63,258 nt of DNA, filler included, from Octopus bimaculoides (GCF_001194135.2; 5 parts of 5 records of this genome joined end to end with filler, not necessarily neighbours in it); one strand, 5' to 3'. Counted from the first letter of the whole stretch, positions 49,828-63,258 are shown. The notes: generated by a model not told the origin, from the sequence alone. Program-made: numbers and translations.

Positions 49828-52800
49828 GTAATAACAAAATGCTTAACCAACCGCTGCTGGGCAGCACAGCCTATCCAAATGAGAGTAGGCAAGCTTGATG
49901 AAGCAGATTTTTCATGCAAAACGCTGACTAGAAACAGATTAGATCACATCGTCCGTAACGCGGGTTATCAAGGCACGCGTCCTCCTGGAAGGAATCAACC
50001 TGAGGTTGATTCACGAACATCCAGGGTGGAAAGAGCACTTAAGTAACAAAATCGAGAGCTTCCGATAGGACGTATCAATCTTAGACGAAATCTCCAAAAG
50101 AAATAATGTAAAAACTAAAAGGGCTAGAATGATAAAGCGAAAATACAATCTGATAAACATGAATGAAATCCTGCGTGCAAAAGAGGGTTAAAGCCCAACT
50201 TTATGCAGATATGAAAAGAGAAACAAAATTTTCAGACAAAATAATATATTTAATACTGATACCAAGAAATTCTACAGAGAGTTGGGGAAACAGTTGATCG
50301 AAGTAAAAACCCCGCCTGATATTGAAGAAATAGTGACATTTTAGAAAAGCATACGGAGCGATAGAAATGAATTCAACAAGGAACCTGAATGGGTAGGGAG
50401 AGAAGAAGAAAGAATGGCTGAGATTGAAGAACGGAGATGGAACGATATTTCAATACAGGAACTAATTCAAGCTCCGTCTAAAGCTCATAAGTAGAAGTCT
50501 CTTGGACGTTATAAAATCCGAAACCTCTCATCATCACACCGTCAGTTAATGGAAAGTTTCTCTAATATCATCAGAAACCCCGAAAAACCCCAAGCTGGCT
50601 AACATTAGGGATAACATACCTGTTCCCTAAAACGAGCGACACAAGAAATCCCCCAAATATATAGCCCGATTACTTGTTTGACCACCATGTACAAAACACT
50701 TACACCCATCCTCACCGAAAACATCTTTCCTCTTGAGCCAAAAGGGAGCACAAGAAACTCATACTGCTGCAAAGACCAACGGTATGATACTCAAAAATAA
50801 ATGGTATGATACTCAAAAAATTCTCATCCCCCCACCAAAAAAAAAAAAAAAAAAAAATACAAACCAAATCTTAGCACAGCATGGATTGACTACCATAAGG
50901 CATTTGACAGTTTCCCACAAACCTGGATCTTAGTGGTACTAGATATATACAAGATCTCTCCCTTCGTAAAAGGTTTTCTACAGCACAGTATGAGACTGTG
51001 GAACACAAAATTGTTTCTCAACCATGAGAAAGGCTCGTATGTATCAGAGAACATCAATTATAAACTGTGAAATATTCCCGGACGATTCGCTCTCCCCTCT
51101 CCTCTTCCGTCTTTCCCTCATTTTCTTGTCCCACGAGCTGAATGGAACAAATCACGGTTAAAAAATGTTTGACAAGGTCATCTCACATTTGCTCTACAAG
51201 GATCATCTGAAATTATATGCAAAAGATGACAAGGATCTGAAAGGGCTACTAGTAGCGTGAAAAAATTCAGTGATGATATAAGCATGAAATTTGGTCTTGA
51301 CAAGTTTGCAAAAGCTTCGTTCAAATGTGGTAAACTGACAGCTAATACCACGACCCAACTTGATCACGATACATTTTTCAAGGACCTGAATCAAAAAGGT
51401 TTTTATTAGTATCTTGGTGTACACGAAGGAAAATGGATTCAACACAGATCAATGAGAGAGAAGATCAGAAAAGAATATTATAGATGTGTCAGATGGTCCT
51501 GAATACTGAGCTGGACTTCCAGAATAGAATTTCAGCTATAAACTTCCTGACAGTACCAGTTGTCATCAATTGGAATCTGAGTGAAATCCAGCGCATGGAT
51601 ATAAAAACCAGGAAACTGCTAAACAGGATGCACTAAACAGGATACACCACCCCAAACAGACGTCCACAAGTTTGTCTCCCTCGAAAGGAAGGCGGTAGAG
51701 GCCTAATCCTAATTGAGACGTCCTATAAAATGGCTACGATAGGACTCCAAGGGTATATCCAAAGTAACACCAGCTGGATGATACAACTGGTAAAGTAACA
51801 TGAACAGAGTAAGAAACTGCACTCAAGCTCAAAGGAGGCATATAGATACGGACGAGAGCTTAACCTCTCTGATTATAACGATGATAAGGAGGACACACCA
51901 CCCACTAAAGTAGCAAAAAAGTGTAAAATAAAGCCAAGCAGGAAAGCTTGAAGGTAATATCAGAACTGTGGAAAGAAAAACCATTGCATGGGAAATATCG
52001 CAAACGATCTGGAGAAGCTGATGTAGATAAGAGAAGAACCCATCAGTGGCTGCAGAGTGTTGGTTTGAAAGCTGAAACAGAAGGATTTATCCTAGCGGTA
52101 CAAGATCAGAGTCTCCTAACTCGGGACTATCAAACTGATGTCACACACAATGAAGTAGACGCAAAGTGTAGACTTTGTAATGACAAACTGGAGGGTATTG
52201 ATCACATTGTTTCCAGTTCCTAAGTCCTTTCCCCTACAGAATAAAACCAGACACGATCGAGTGGGCCAATACTTGCACTGGATTGTATGCCGTCAATATG
52301 ACATCCCTCACGCTAAGACCTGGTATGAACTCCATCCAGGGCCAGCCACTGAGGGAGAAAATGTTACGACTCTATGGGATTATGGGACATATTCAGACAG
52401 GAAAATAAATCTTAACAGACCAGACATCGTCATCAAAGACCCAAGACAAAAACCATGCCTGTTAAGACAGAACCTACTGATAGAAACATCTCAACAAAGG
52501 AATTTGAAAAACTGTCGAAATATAAGGACCTTGAGAGTGAGATATCTAGGACGTAGCAATTAAAAACCAAAATTATCCCTGTTGCTGTAGGTCTCCTGAT
52601 AATGATAAAGAAAGGCACTGAAAAATTTTGACTAGATCCCTGGGAACCCAACAATCTATGAGACTCAAAAAATTGTGTTGACATCAACCGCCCACATTCT
52701 CAGGAAGTTTCTCTCCATCTAATATATATGTGTCATAGGTCTCTGAGACCCAGTCGGAAGATAAATTAAAATGAAAATCAATCGAGAAAAGAAAATAATA

Positions 52801-52830
52801 ATTACCTAACAATATATAATAATGGCATAA
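49828..52830 (+). mobile_element. Second R4/Dong-like non-LTR element, longer and heavily decayed
   Basis: PITCLTTMYKTLT, GDSLSPLLF, HLLYKDHLKLYAKDD, MKFGLDK, HQWL..GLKAETEGFILAVQDQSL, CRLCNDKLEGIDHIVSS, RHDRVGQYLHW, RPDIVIKD and STAHILRKFLSI*. Confidence 0.9.
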
Positions 52831-53069
52831 TAATATATAATAATCATAAATAAAAAAGAGCTTATAAATTAAATTAATCTTTCATGATAGCAGTTCTGAA
52901 AGTCCACATGTTTTTCATGCTACACATTCGTAGTTGTAATTGTTCATCTCCATTCGATAGACGTTGTAGTCATAATAGTGGTAACAGCTGTGCAGAAGGG
53001 TGTTCTGAAAGTATAGTAACCAAAATTTGAACTGGGCGGAAAAAGGTTCAGGGGTGATCTTTCTGAACA

Positions 53070-54433
53070 GTCAGACTGAAGAGAATGAGAGGGTTATGAT
53101 GGAAAACATCTAGCGTATAGCCAATTCCGTACACCAAAGCATCAGGGTAACTATAGATTACCCAACAAGACATCCAAACAAGAGACTCCCGGTCCTTAAC
53201 ACAGAGGTTTGGCTAAAAACCACAAATAACAAAGTTTAAATCCCCCACTCACACTATATGAAACCCATGTACTCGAAGTATGTAATCCATAAGAGTTCAG
53301 GTCTATCACACAATGTGTAAATTAATATATTAATAGCTGACTTAGAATAATGACAAAAAAACCCTCCTGTGCAAACCCTGGGAGAAACAGAAACACACAC
53401 AAGACTTCATGCATCGCATGCAAATTTTGGGATACAACCAGAAAGATAGGATCCGAGTGTACAGGAGAGCTAGCAAGAAATTTGAGGAGATTGTAATTAA
53501 GGATGTCGACAGAACACAGCCTAGGTACCATAGTAAGCAGTAGAATAAAATACAAAGAATTTATGATAAAACGAACAAAAAGAATACGTGATACAATGCC
53601 GACAAGTTCCAAGGGGTGATGTTTGTAGAAGCCACACCACACGGGGAGCAATCTCGCAGATTTAGAAAAATCCTGAGGGATACTAAATTGAACATAAACG
53701 TCATGGAAAAACCAGGGAGATCCATCAGGTCAATAATATACAAAACATACCCCTTGAGAAAAATCACGTATGTAGAGGAGAACTGTGTAGTGTGCAAATA
53801 TAGCCCTGGTCTCAACTGCAAAACCAGAAATGTAGTTTACTGAATAAACTGCATGGATGGTAATTGGAAAAACTGGAAGACTGCATACATAGGTGAAACG
53901 GTGAGAAGTTTGACCGAGTGTATAAATGAACATTGGAGTTTAGACATCCGGACGACGCATCGCTACGACAGATACGAGAGTCTGTCTACATAAACGAAAC
54001 ACGACCGGTTTTGAATAGTAGATACCCCCAATAGGCCAAGGTCTTACAAAGACCCATGGACGTACACACACACACGTATACATACACACGAAGGGACATG
54101 CACACACATGCAAAGACAAACAAGGACACAGACATGCCATCACGCCCACACGGATATACACACACACGCATACCGAGACACATGGAAACATGCATACTGA
54201 AGTACACACGTACACACAAACACACAGGAAGTCACACACATACGAATGCACACACATACAAATGGACACACACACACGGACACACACATAAAACACACTG
54301 CATACACTCATATATTCATCTCGGAGAAATCTCGGACGAATCCTAACGCTGGAACATAAGTTCAAAAGAAATAGAAGTAGAGAGACGTGTCACTGAAGAG
54401 ATTGCAAAAATGCGATGAAATAATTATTTGACA
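53070..54433 (+). mobile_element. Penelope-like element: RT end, GIY-YIG, CA-rich 3' region and terminal hammerhead
   Basis: IANSVHQSIRVTIDYP...LPVL, YMKPM.SKYVIH, VMFVEATPHGE...VMEKPG, LNCKTRNVVY*INC...AYIGETVRSL...NEH. Same lineage as the 41780-42265 element. Confidence 0.85.
54388..54433 (+). ncRNA. Type-I hammerhead ribozyme (one lesion) at a Penelope 3' terminus
   Basis: Stem I UGUCA (54388-92) pairs with UGACA (54429-33). Core CUGAAGA at 54393-99; stem II AUUGC/GCGAU; GAAA at 54417-20; palindromic stem III AUAAUUAU; predicted cleavage after AUU (54428). The C that should pair with G54400 is absent. Confidence 0.7.
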
Positions 54434-54560
54434 AAAAAAAAAATATATAAATAAATAAAATAAATAACAACACGAAAAATGCTGAACAATAACAATACGG
54501 GACCGAACCAGTGCGTCTGTTTATTATTACCGGCATAATACCCCATTCCAAGGTTCAATA

Positions 54561-54605
<45 letters not shown>

Positions 54606-55342
54606 AGTACATACATACACGCATACACACATATGCTTATGTATGTATATCGGCATGTGTATATGCATGTATGAATGTATGTATAATGTATGTATACACA
54701 CGCATACAGAGATAATGGGAACGTCATAAGAGTATATTAATAATGAATAAGACGTGATACGTTTATGGTTTTTCAAAAGTTTTATACTTTATGAAATAGC
54801 ATGCCAACGTTATATAAGCTTAACTGAGTTGAAAAAAGAGAAAGAATTAATAGTTTATCACAAAGGAGCTAATAATCTAATAAAAAGAAAAATGTAAGTC
54901 AGTAGTTAATATTAAAACATTCAATAAGTAGAAGAAACTCTTTCTAAGTTAGAAAATACAAAAGGATAATGAAACAAACTGCATTAAAATAATTGAATTT
55001 AGCCAAGAATATATATAATTTAATTTATAATGAATAGCATAATATATAAATATATACGTTATGATAAGAAGATATATAAGCAAAAATAGTAGAGGTTGTT
55101 GGAATAAATTTTAGAAACTAATATCGTATCAGAGATACTATAAAAGGAACAGATGAAATGAGGTATAAGATTTATAAAGAATTATTTTTTAACGGTAACG
55201 ATGTCAACACTAATGAACTTATAAATAAGTAAATCTATACCCGGGGTTCGACTAGAGGCGGTGCTCCTGCATGGCCGCAGTCAAATGACTGAAACAAGTA
55301 AAAAATAAAGTAAAACATTTTGCAGAGTAACATATATTTGAA

Positions 55343-55382
<40 letters not shown>

Positions 55383-55841
55383 ATATCATCCACACACGGC
55401 AGTGTGTGAATAACATTCTTAAGGTCAACATTAACTCACTCGCGACCACTTCTAGGCTTTGTCATTAACTCAGTTTTTAACCAAATTATATGATGTTTGC
55501 ATTTTTAGGTTGGTCAAATCCTAAGCTACATTTCCAACTAAAAAAGTTTCAGTAGAATATGTGAGATCAAAAATGGGAGGGTAACACCTCAAATCGACTT
55601 TGACGCCATTTTTTTTTTTTTTAGAGAAATCTATATTTTATTTTAGCTTATATAATAGATCTCTGCGAGAGGAATCTATCCATATTACTTATATGCAAAA
55701 ATATTCAGTGGAAAAAAATGTACTGAAGTAAAAACCNNNNNNNNNNNNNNNNNNNNNNNNNNNNNNNNNNNNNNNNNNNNTTAATTAATTAANNNNNNNN
55801 NNNNNNNNNNNNNNNNNNNNNNNNNNNNNNNNNNNNATATA

Positions 55842-56648
55842 TCAGGTCATCCCATAAGTTCTGTCTGATTTTACCTTTTTTTAAATTGAATGAAATTTAA
55901 TAGTATTTTAGAATGTCTAATGAAATTAAGAATTACTTTTATGCATTTGTGTACATTGAAACTAATTAAATATTATTTTACAGAATAATAGAATTAAAAT
56001 TTCTTTGATTAAAACCCTTTCTAGCATGAAAGTATCCAAAAAGCATTTGAGGCACATAATGCTTTATGAGTACAAAAAGGGAAATTCTGCAGTCAAAGTG
56101 ACTCGAAACATACACTCAGTTTATGGGAAAGAATGAATGCTTGAACGAAAGAACTTGCAGGAGATGGTTTGCATAATTTTCAGAAGTGGAGATTTCAGCC
56201 TTGAAGATGAAGATCGAACAGGACGTCCAGTTCAGTTTGATGATATGTTCCTTGAGGCATTACTTGAAGAAAATTCTGCATTATCAGTTGAAGAATTGGC
56301 AATAAAGCTTAGTTCAAACCATACAACTGTTCATCGTAATCTTCAACAACTTGCAAAGGTTCTTAAACTTGGAAAATGGGTGCCTCATGAATTGTCCGAA
56401 TGCAACCGCAAATCCTGAGTTGACATCTGCTCTTCTCTCCATTCTCATGAACTCATTTCACCCTTTTTGGATAGACTTGTGACTGGTGACGAAAAATGGA
56501 TCTTCTATCGAAATGTTAAATGTTGTAAACAGTGGCTTGGTAAAAGGGAAAAAGCTCAACCACAACCGAGAAGGGAACTTCATGGGAAAAAGGTTCTTCT
56601 CTCTATCTGGTGGGATTGCAAAGGAGTAATTCACTTTGAATTGTTACC
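55842..56648 (+). mobile_element. mariner element: left TIR plus transposase N-terminus, cut by a gap
   Basis: TA|TCAGGTCATCCCATAAGTT left end; ATG at 56026 MKVSKKHLRHIMLYEYKKG...; then GRPVQFDD, LGKWVPHELS, DRLVTGDEKWIFY and KVLLSIWWDCKGVIHFELL. Confidence 0.92.
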
Positions 56649-57797
56649 NNNNNNNNNNNNNNNNNNNNNNNNNNNNNNNNNNNNNNNNNNNNNNNNNNNN
56701 NNNNNNNNNNNNNNNNNNNNNNNNNNNNNNNNNNNNNNNNNNNNNNNNNNNNNNNNNNNNNNNNNNNNNNNNNNNNNNNNNNNNNNNNNNNNNNNNNNNN
56801 NNNNNNNNNNNNNNNNNNNNNNNNNNNNNNNNNNNNNNNNNNNNNNNNNNNNNNNNNNNNNNNNNNNNNNNNNNNNNNNNNNNNNNNNNNNNNNNNNNNN
56901 NNNNNNNNNNNNNNNNNNNNNNNNNNNNNNNNNNNNNNNNNNNNNNNNNNNNNNNNNNNNNNNNNNNNNNNNNNNNNNNNNNNNNNNNNNNNNNNNNNNN
57001 NNNNNNNNNNNNNNNNNNNNNNNNNNNNNNNNNNNNNNNNNNNNNNNNNNNNNNNNNNNNNNNNNNNNNNNNNNNNNNNNNNNNNNNNNNNNNNNNNNNN
57101 NNNNNNNNNNNNNNNNNNNNNNNNNNNNNNNNNNNNNNNNNNNNTATATATATATATATATCAGTTTATGTATATATTAATATTATCTCAGTTATTAAAA
57201 CTTCCGATAATTTAAATACGTTAATAGTTACCAGAGGTAGCAAAATAACACTAAATAACAAGATATCCCAGCCGTTTTACAGGTTGATATACTGAGTTAA
57301 AGTGATGCATTTTGAGAAGATATGGATAATAATAAATGGAGCAAAACGCATGTCAATGAAAGTTCCTTTAATTCCTACATATATGTTTCGAAATAAATGA
57401 TACTCCTTTCACAAAGAAGAAAGAGCTATTGGGGTTCCTCATTTATTTCTCTTCAGGGAGTTCATAATAAAACATGTAATAGCAAGACAAAAACGAAATA
57501 ATGGGGTAACTTACGGGCTGAGATGTTACATGGTCATTGACCGTTAGAAGGTTTGTTTACATAGAGATCTAAAGGGGTCAACGATATTATTCCATGGGTT
57601 TTAGGAATAAGAACGCTAGTTTACATAGAAATATAAAGGGAGGGTGTTTTTTACGTGATGCTAAAGGTTGAAGCCAAAGAGTTATTTGAATATGGGGAGA
57701 TAATTATAGTGAATGTTTACATATGTGTGTGCGAGCGGGCACACACATATGTACAAACACGTGCGTGTACGCACATGCACACACACACACACACGCA

Positions 57798-57853
<56 letters not shown>

Positions 57854-59548
57854 CATACACACACACATCACATATATACATATATAAGAAAAACAAGAAA
57901 ATAGAGAAAAATCAATCAATACACAGATGCTTTGTTTTATATATATATAGTTAAACCAAATAATTATATGACTAACATTGAATTCAGTAGATATTTGCCT
58001 AGACATAAGACACAAAGAAGGGAACGAATTCACAATGGTGAATGTGATTAGCTGTTCTCATTGAGTATCGAAAATCACTCCTGTTAGTGTATAACTCTAG
58101 CAAGAAAGTGATCTTAGAAAGAATCTTATTTCTGTAAACATATTTGTGAACAGCTACATCATCACTTTTAAATATCAATAAAATATTAGACAGAAGCTGT
58201 ACAATACTGTACTAAATACTGACAGAATAGAATTTTGTGTTAGAACCTTTTGAGATCAAAATCCATTGAAGTGGATTTTGTTTAATCAGCCTCTCAATAT
58301 GTACTACTTTTTCATAATTATTAGCATTTTGCTTATAGACTAGCTTTTTGGGGTTCCACTTTACTGAGAAACCATCTCTCCAAACATTTATTTTGAAATT
58401 ACAAATCAACCGAAATTATTGCTTGTTTCCTCTTGTTCATATCAAATAAGTTTATTGAACAATACTTTTCTTTTTCACAGTACGTGAATGAGTGGATGAA
58501 GACTATATACTGTACAAAAACATTTGCAGTATTCAAATTATATTTTTTTCTAAATACCTTTTCTTCCCTATCTTTTAGATGTTTCACTCATTAAACTACA
58601 GCAATTCTGGAGCACCTCCTTGAAGATTTTTTAGTCAAATGAATCAACCCAGTACTTATTTTTTATGTCTGGTGTTTATTTTATCAGTCTCTTTTATCAA
58701 AACTGCTATATTACAGGGATGTAAACACACCAACACCAGTTGGTAAGCAGTGGTGGCGACAAAAACAGATACAAAGACATGCAAATATATACATACTAAT
58801 AAGGTATTTATACTAAAATCATGAAGCATGTTACGTAATAAAAAGGCTAATCAGATATGAGATAATAACAATTCAAAGTAAATAACTCTGAAAAGGGCTT
58901 TTGGGCATTCCCAGAAAATATTACCTTCAGTGGCGCTATTGTTGGTATATTCGTGAATAAGTCACTAACCAAAATAAGTGGATCTATTGTTTAGGAAAAT
59001 ACTATTTACTTGGATAAATTGCGAAAATAACTCTAACAGTTCAAAAACTAAGAAATAAGCATACTCAATTTGATTTATACCAAATAATTTATGAAGATGA
59101 AAGGGTTATTTCCCTTGGCTATATTAAGGATCCCTTCCAGGAGCAAATGGGTTATTTCCCTTGGATGTTTAAATGAAATATATTAGTTATATGTAGTAGA
59201 TATAAGGATCCCTTCCAGGGGGATCTATTACCGATTTTTTTAACAATCTAAGTATGTCATTAGGTTTCCAAACACAAGTTCTACTCATGTGTCAATTTTC
59301 ATAAAAATCGATAAAATGATGTAGGAGGAGTTAAGTAACAACCCCCAAACAAACACATGCACAGACAGAATTTTCCACATATGTAGTAGATATATATATA
59401 TATATGCATGTATGTGTATATATATTATATATATATATATATATATATNNNNNNNNNNNNNNNNNNNNNNNNNNNNNNNNNNNNNNNNNNNNTTAATTAA
59501 TTAANNNNNNNNNNNNNNNNNNNNNNNNNNNNNNNNNNNNNNNNNNNN

Positions 59549-59581
<33 letters not shown>

Positions 59582-59639
59582 CCTTCTAAAAGATCATTCT
59601 AAATTGAAGTTGAAATGACTCCAAAATTATAGCCATATC

Positions 59640-59820
59640 GTATCACGCCAGGCGAAATGCTTAGCGGTATTTCGTCTGTCTTTATGTTTTGAGCTCAAAT
59701 TCCACCGAGGTCGACTTTGCTTTTCATCCTTTCGGTGTCGATAAATTAAGTAGCAGTTGATCTAATCGACTGGCCCCTCCCCAAAATGTTGAGTCCTGTG
59801 CCTAGAGTAGAAAAGAATAT
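59640..59820 (+). mobile_element. SINE (family B)
   Basis: CAAATTCCACCGAGGTCGACTTTGCTTTTCATCCTTTCGGTGTCGATAAATTAAGTA core. Confidence 0.8.
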
Positions 59821-62205
59821 CGTATATCAAAGCAATCTTTACTGTCCTGAACTCTAATATTTTATGACCCCCTCACCCAGGATATATTATAAAAAGTATT
59901 ATCTAACACTGAGAGTTCGCTTCACCCACCGGAATGAGTAAACCCTTGGACAAGGCTGCATAAGAATGTCTACCTTGGATGCATATGCACTGCAACTGAA
60001 TCAGCTAAATGTACGTTACATTCCTTTGCGTATGTATATATGTATGCATATATGTATGTATGTATGCATATATGTATGTATGCATATATATGTATGTATA
60101 TATTAAATTATTTGTTTGACATCGTAAGAATTTTAAAATTTCGAGAAATTGAGATGGTTCCTTTTAGAAGCGGGAAATCTCGAAGTAAATAAAGCTATAG
60201 ATTATATGTAAATATCGGATTCAAAAATCCTTTTGATTGAAAAAGTCAAAAGACGTCAGTAGAACTTGATTCCCTATCTCCTGAGAACATGACAAGCTTT
60301 CTATCACTGGACCAAACTGGAACTTGTCTATCCATGTCAACGGTTACCAATCATAAACAGAAATATCTAGCAACCATTAACAATGTTAACACGAATAAAC
60401 CCACCATTAATTAACGCAGAACCAACAGAGAAAACGGTTTTTTATGTTGTTGTTGCTGTTGTTTTGTTCCTGATATTGTGTTGCTTCCGTCGAAGAACTT
60501 AACCGTCGACGGTTAAGTCCATCTAGATGCCACTTCGTACCACATAGAGCATGGCTGCACCTCTGCAATCAACGTCGACACTGTTAAACGGATGAATGTT
60601 TCGTTAACTTCAATTTCTTTCATAGTTAATTTGTTCTCATAGAATTTTTTTTTAAAGTATTTCTTTGAGAAATGTTGAAGAGGTTTCTATGCAACAAGCT
60701 GGAAGTTCCTTTAAAATGTACAATAATTCAAATATTAAAACGCTCTGTTAAAGTAGCGTCACTGCAAATTGTTTTTCAATCAAAATGAAGAAACGCATAT
60801 GCCAATTATACATTATCCGTTGCAGCTTGAAGTTGTTCCTGTCTGAGGAACTTGTTTATTAAAAGTTAAAAGTACAGTTAATCGACAAGGAATTTACAAC
60901 CATTAATATTCGGTCAGCCAGCTAGTATGCTAATAATTTGACGAGCTGGAGGAACAGACATTATGCTGAAGTAACATCACATTTTAATGACTGGAAAAGT
61001 TGCTCTAATTATCTTGCAAATCATTATTGTTGAAGAAAGAGGCTTATAACACAGACTTATAGTGTCTGTAATCACATTTTGTTTGTTTTGTTTGTTTTGT
61101 TTTGTTTTGTATTGGTTTTTTTTTGGCGGGGGGAATGGTACAAGTGAAAATATTAGAGAATCTTCTTGTAAATATCACTGCCGCTTTCGTTTTTCCAATG
61201 AACTATTAGCTAAATCCACCTACGTTAATGGAAATAACAAGGAGAGGCCACACTAATACCGGAGGTCTTGCAAGAATTCACTTTCGATTCCAGTGTTGTG
61301 TCTGATATCCAATGCAAAAACAGTTCCTCACACGTTTTACTCAAAAACACCTACAAAAACAGGTGGCCTATCTTTATATTTTACAACAGATATCAACTTG
61401 CTATCATCGCTAATCACTTTTATTTAACTCCACTAATCACTTTTCGTCTGATAAATATTTCTTCCCAACTGTGAAGCAAAGAATATATTGAAAACCAAAA
61501 ATCATTGGTAGGAACTCTGTGATTCCGTATATTGAGAATTTGTTTTATCTGGCAGGGAGATAAAGCTGTCTAGATCTGAGAATGGGTAGAACTGACACTC
61601 CTTATATTAATTTCCTTGTCTCTGGTTGGTTGTTTTTAATAATATTTTCCAAAGTTGTTTCACAGCAGTTCATTGGTTGAATCGTTTCTTACAAGAGGCG
61701 AAACAGGTACAGCACCGAACTAAAATCTGTATGGTTCGAAATAGTACCAAACAAAAAAAAAATCCAAACACAAAAGACAAAGACAGGTGAGGGGACAACA
61801 AACAAGGTTTCTTAGTATGAAGCTCAGAAAAAAATGGAAAAAGTCTTTGAAATTTCGAGCCTACGCTCTCCTACACGGGGATGTAAACACACCAACATCG
61901 GTGGTCAACCCGATGGTGGGGAGACAAACACAGACACAAGCATATACATATATATATATATANNNNNNNNNNNNNNNNNNNNNNNNNNNNNNNNNNNNNN
62001 NNNNNNNNNNNNNNNNNNNNNNNNNNNNNNNNNNNNNNNNNNNNNNNNNNNNNNNNNNNNNNNNNNNNNNNNNNNNNNNNNNNNNNNNNNNNNNNNNNNN
62101 NNNNNNNNNNNNNNNNNNNNNNNNNNNNNNNNNNNNNNNNNNNNNNNNNNNNNNNNNNNNNNNNNNNNNNNNNNNNNNNNNNNNNNNNNNNNNNNNNNNN
62201 NNNNN

Positions 62206-63204
62206 TATTATTTTAACTTCATCCCACAGGGGTAGGTGGTCTCCATTTTTCTATACATAATCAGCTATACCCGATTTATCAATATCTCCTCGTGTCACAG
62301 CTTTGCGATGTTCGTCTACCCTTATTTTGAGGGGGCGACATGTTTCGCCTTTGTATAACCTATCACAGCTGCATGGGATAGAGTACACGAAATCTTTGGT
62401 CATATTCTCTTCTATTGGTGGTTTTACTCGAAGGAGATATTTGCAAAGTGTCGTATTACTCTTGAATACTGTCCTGATGTCATATGGGCTGCAAATCTTT
62501 TGTATCTATTCGGAGAGGCCTTTGACATAGGGTAGACAGACTGTAGGCAGTTTATTGGCCTCATCCTCTCTCTTCTTCGTAATTGGAGTGGATAGTATAC
62601 TTTTGGGGTAGTTATTGCTTAACAGATCATTATTGGGCTTGATCATTTCTTCGTGGTCTGAATCACGATTGCTACTTATAATCTTTGCACGATGTTTTAG
62701 GCACTGAGCAATCCCTCTCTTTACACTGTATGGATGGTTGGAATTGAAGTTGAGGTATCGTCCAGTGAAGGTTGGCTTGCGGTATACGGATGCCCTGAAT
62801 CTATACTTGGTGCGTGTTATTAATACGTCCAGGAATGTCAGCTGATTGTCTTTTTCTTTTTCCATTGTGAACTGCATGGATGGCTTTATTGAGTTCACAT
62901 GATCTAACAGCACTTGGACATCTTCCTGGTGGGGCCAGAGTATAAAGGTGTCATCAACATATCGCAGCCATAGGGTTGGTTTTAGTGGTGTTGATCCTAA
63001 AGCCAAATTCTCAAACTATTCCATGTATATATTGGCAATTACCGGTGATAATGGCGAACCCATAGCTAAACCCTCCTCTATTCGATATATATCAGTGTCC
63101 ATACAAAGTTGGTAGTTTCTACACAGAAGGTCAACATTTCCATCAAGTTCTTATTGCGTTCTTTTAGATGGGTGTCTCTCACTAGTTTTTCTTGTATCAC
63201 CTGC

Positions 63205-63205
<1 letters not shown>
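62206..63205 (-). mobile_element. Penelope-like element (RT plus GIY-YIG), decayed
   Basis: EGLAMGSPLSPVIANIYME, WLRYVDDTFILW, QFTME.E.DNQLTFLDVLI, VYRKPTFTGRYLNFNSNHP, LPYVKGLSE and VYSIPCSC..LYKGETCR.L..RV.EH. Confidence 0.92.

Positions 63206-63258
<53 letters not shown>

Overview
AT-rich, gap-riddled eukaryotic scaffold dominated by microsatellites, tRNA-derived SINEs and decayed transposons. The repeat landscape looks like a cephalopod (Octopus-like) genome; this is an inference, not a database match. I find no rRNA, true tRNA or CRISPR array. Recognisable relics include RTE LINEs, a CR1/L2-like LINE, four R4/Dong-like RLE elements, four Penelope-like (RT/GIY-YIG) elements, two mariner and one DD37D (maT) transposase, a Helitron Rep fragment and MITEs. 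The only convincing host coding unit is a 118-aa single-pass membrane ORF (14240-14596) with a strong Kozak context and a C-terminal EFYV PDZ-type ligand; a few isolated candidate exons are also present. The most interesting non-coding signals are a near-intact type-I hammerhead ribozyme at the 3' end of a Penelope element (54388-54433), three further hammerhead-like relics, several inversion or template-switch junctions in retroelements, and a minisatellite apparently born from a SINE tail. All translations and alignments were done by eye, so element boundaries are approximate.
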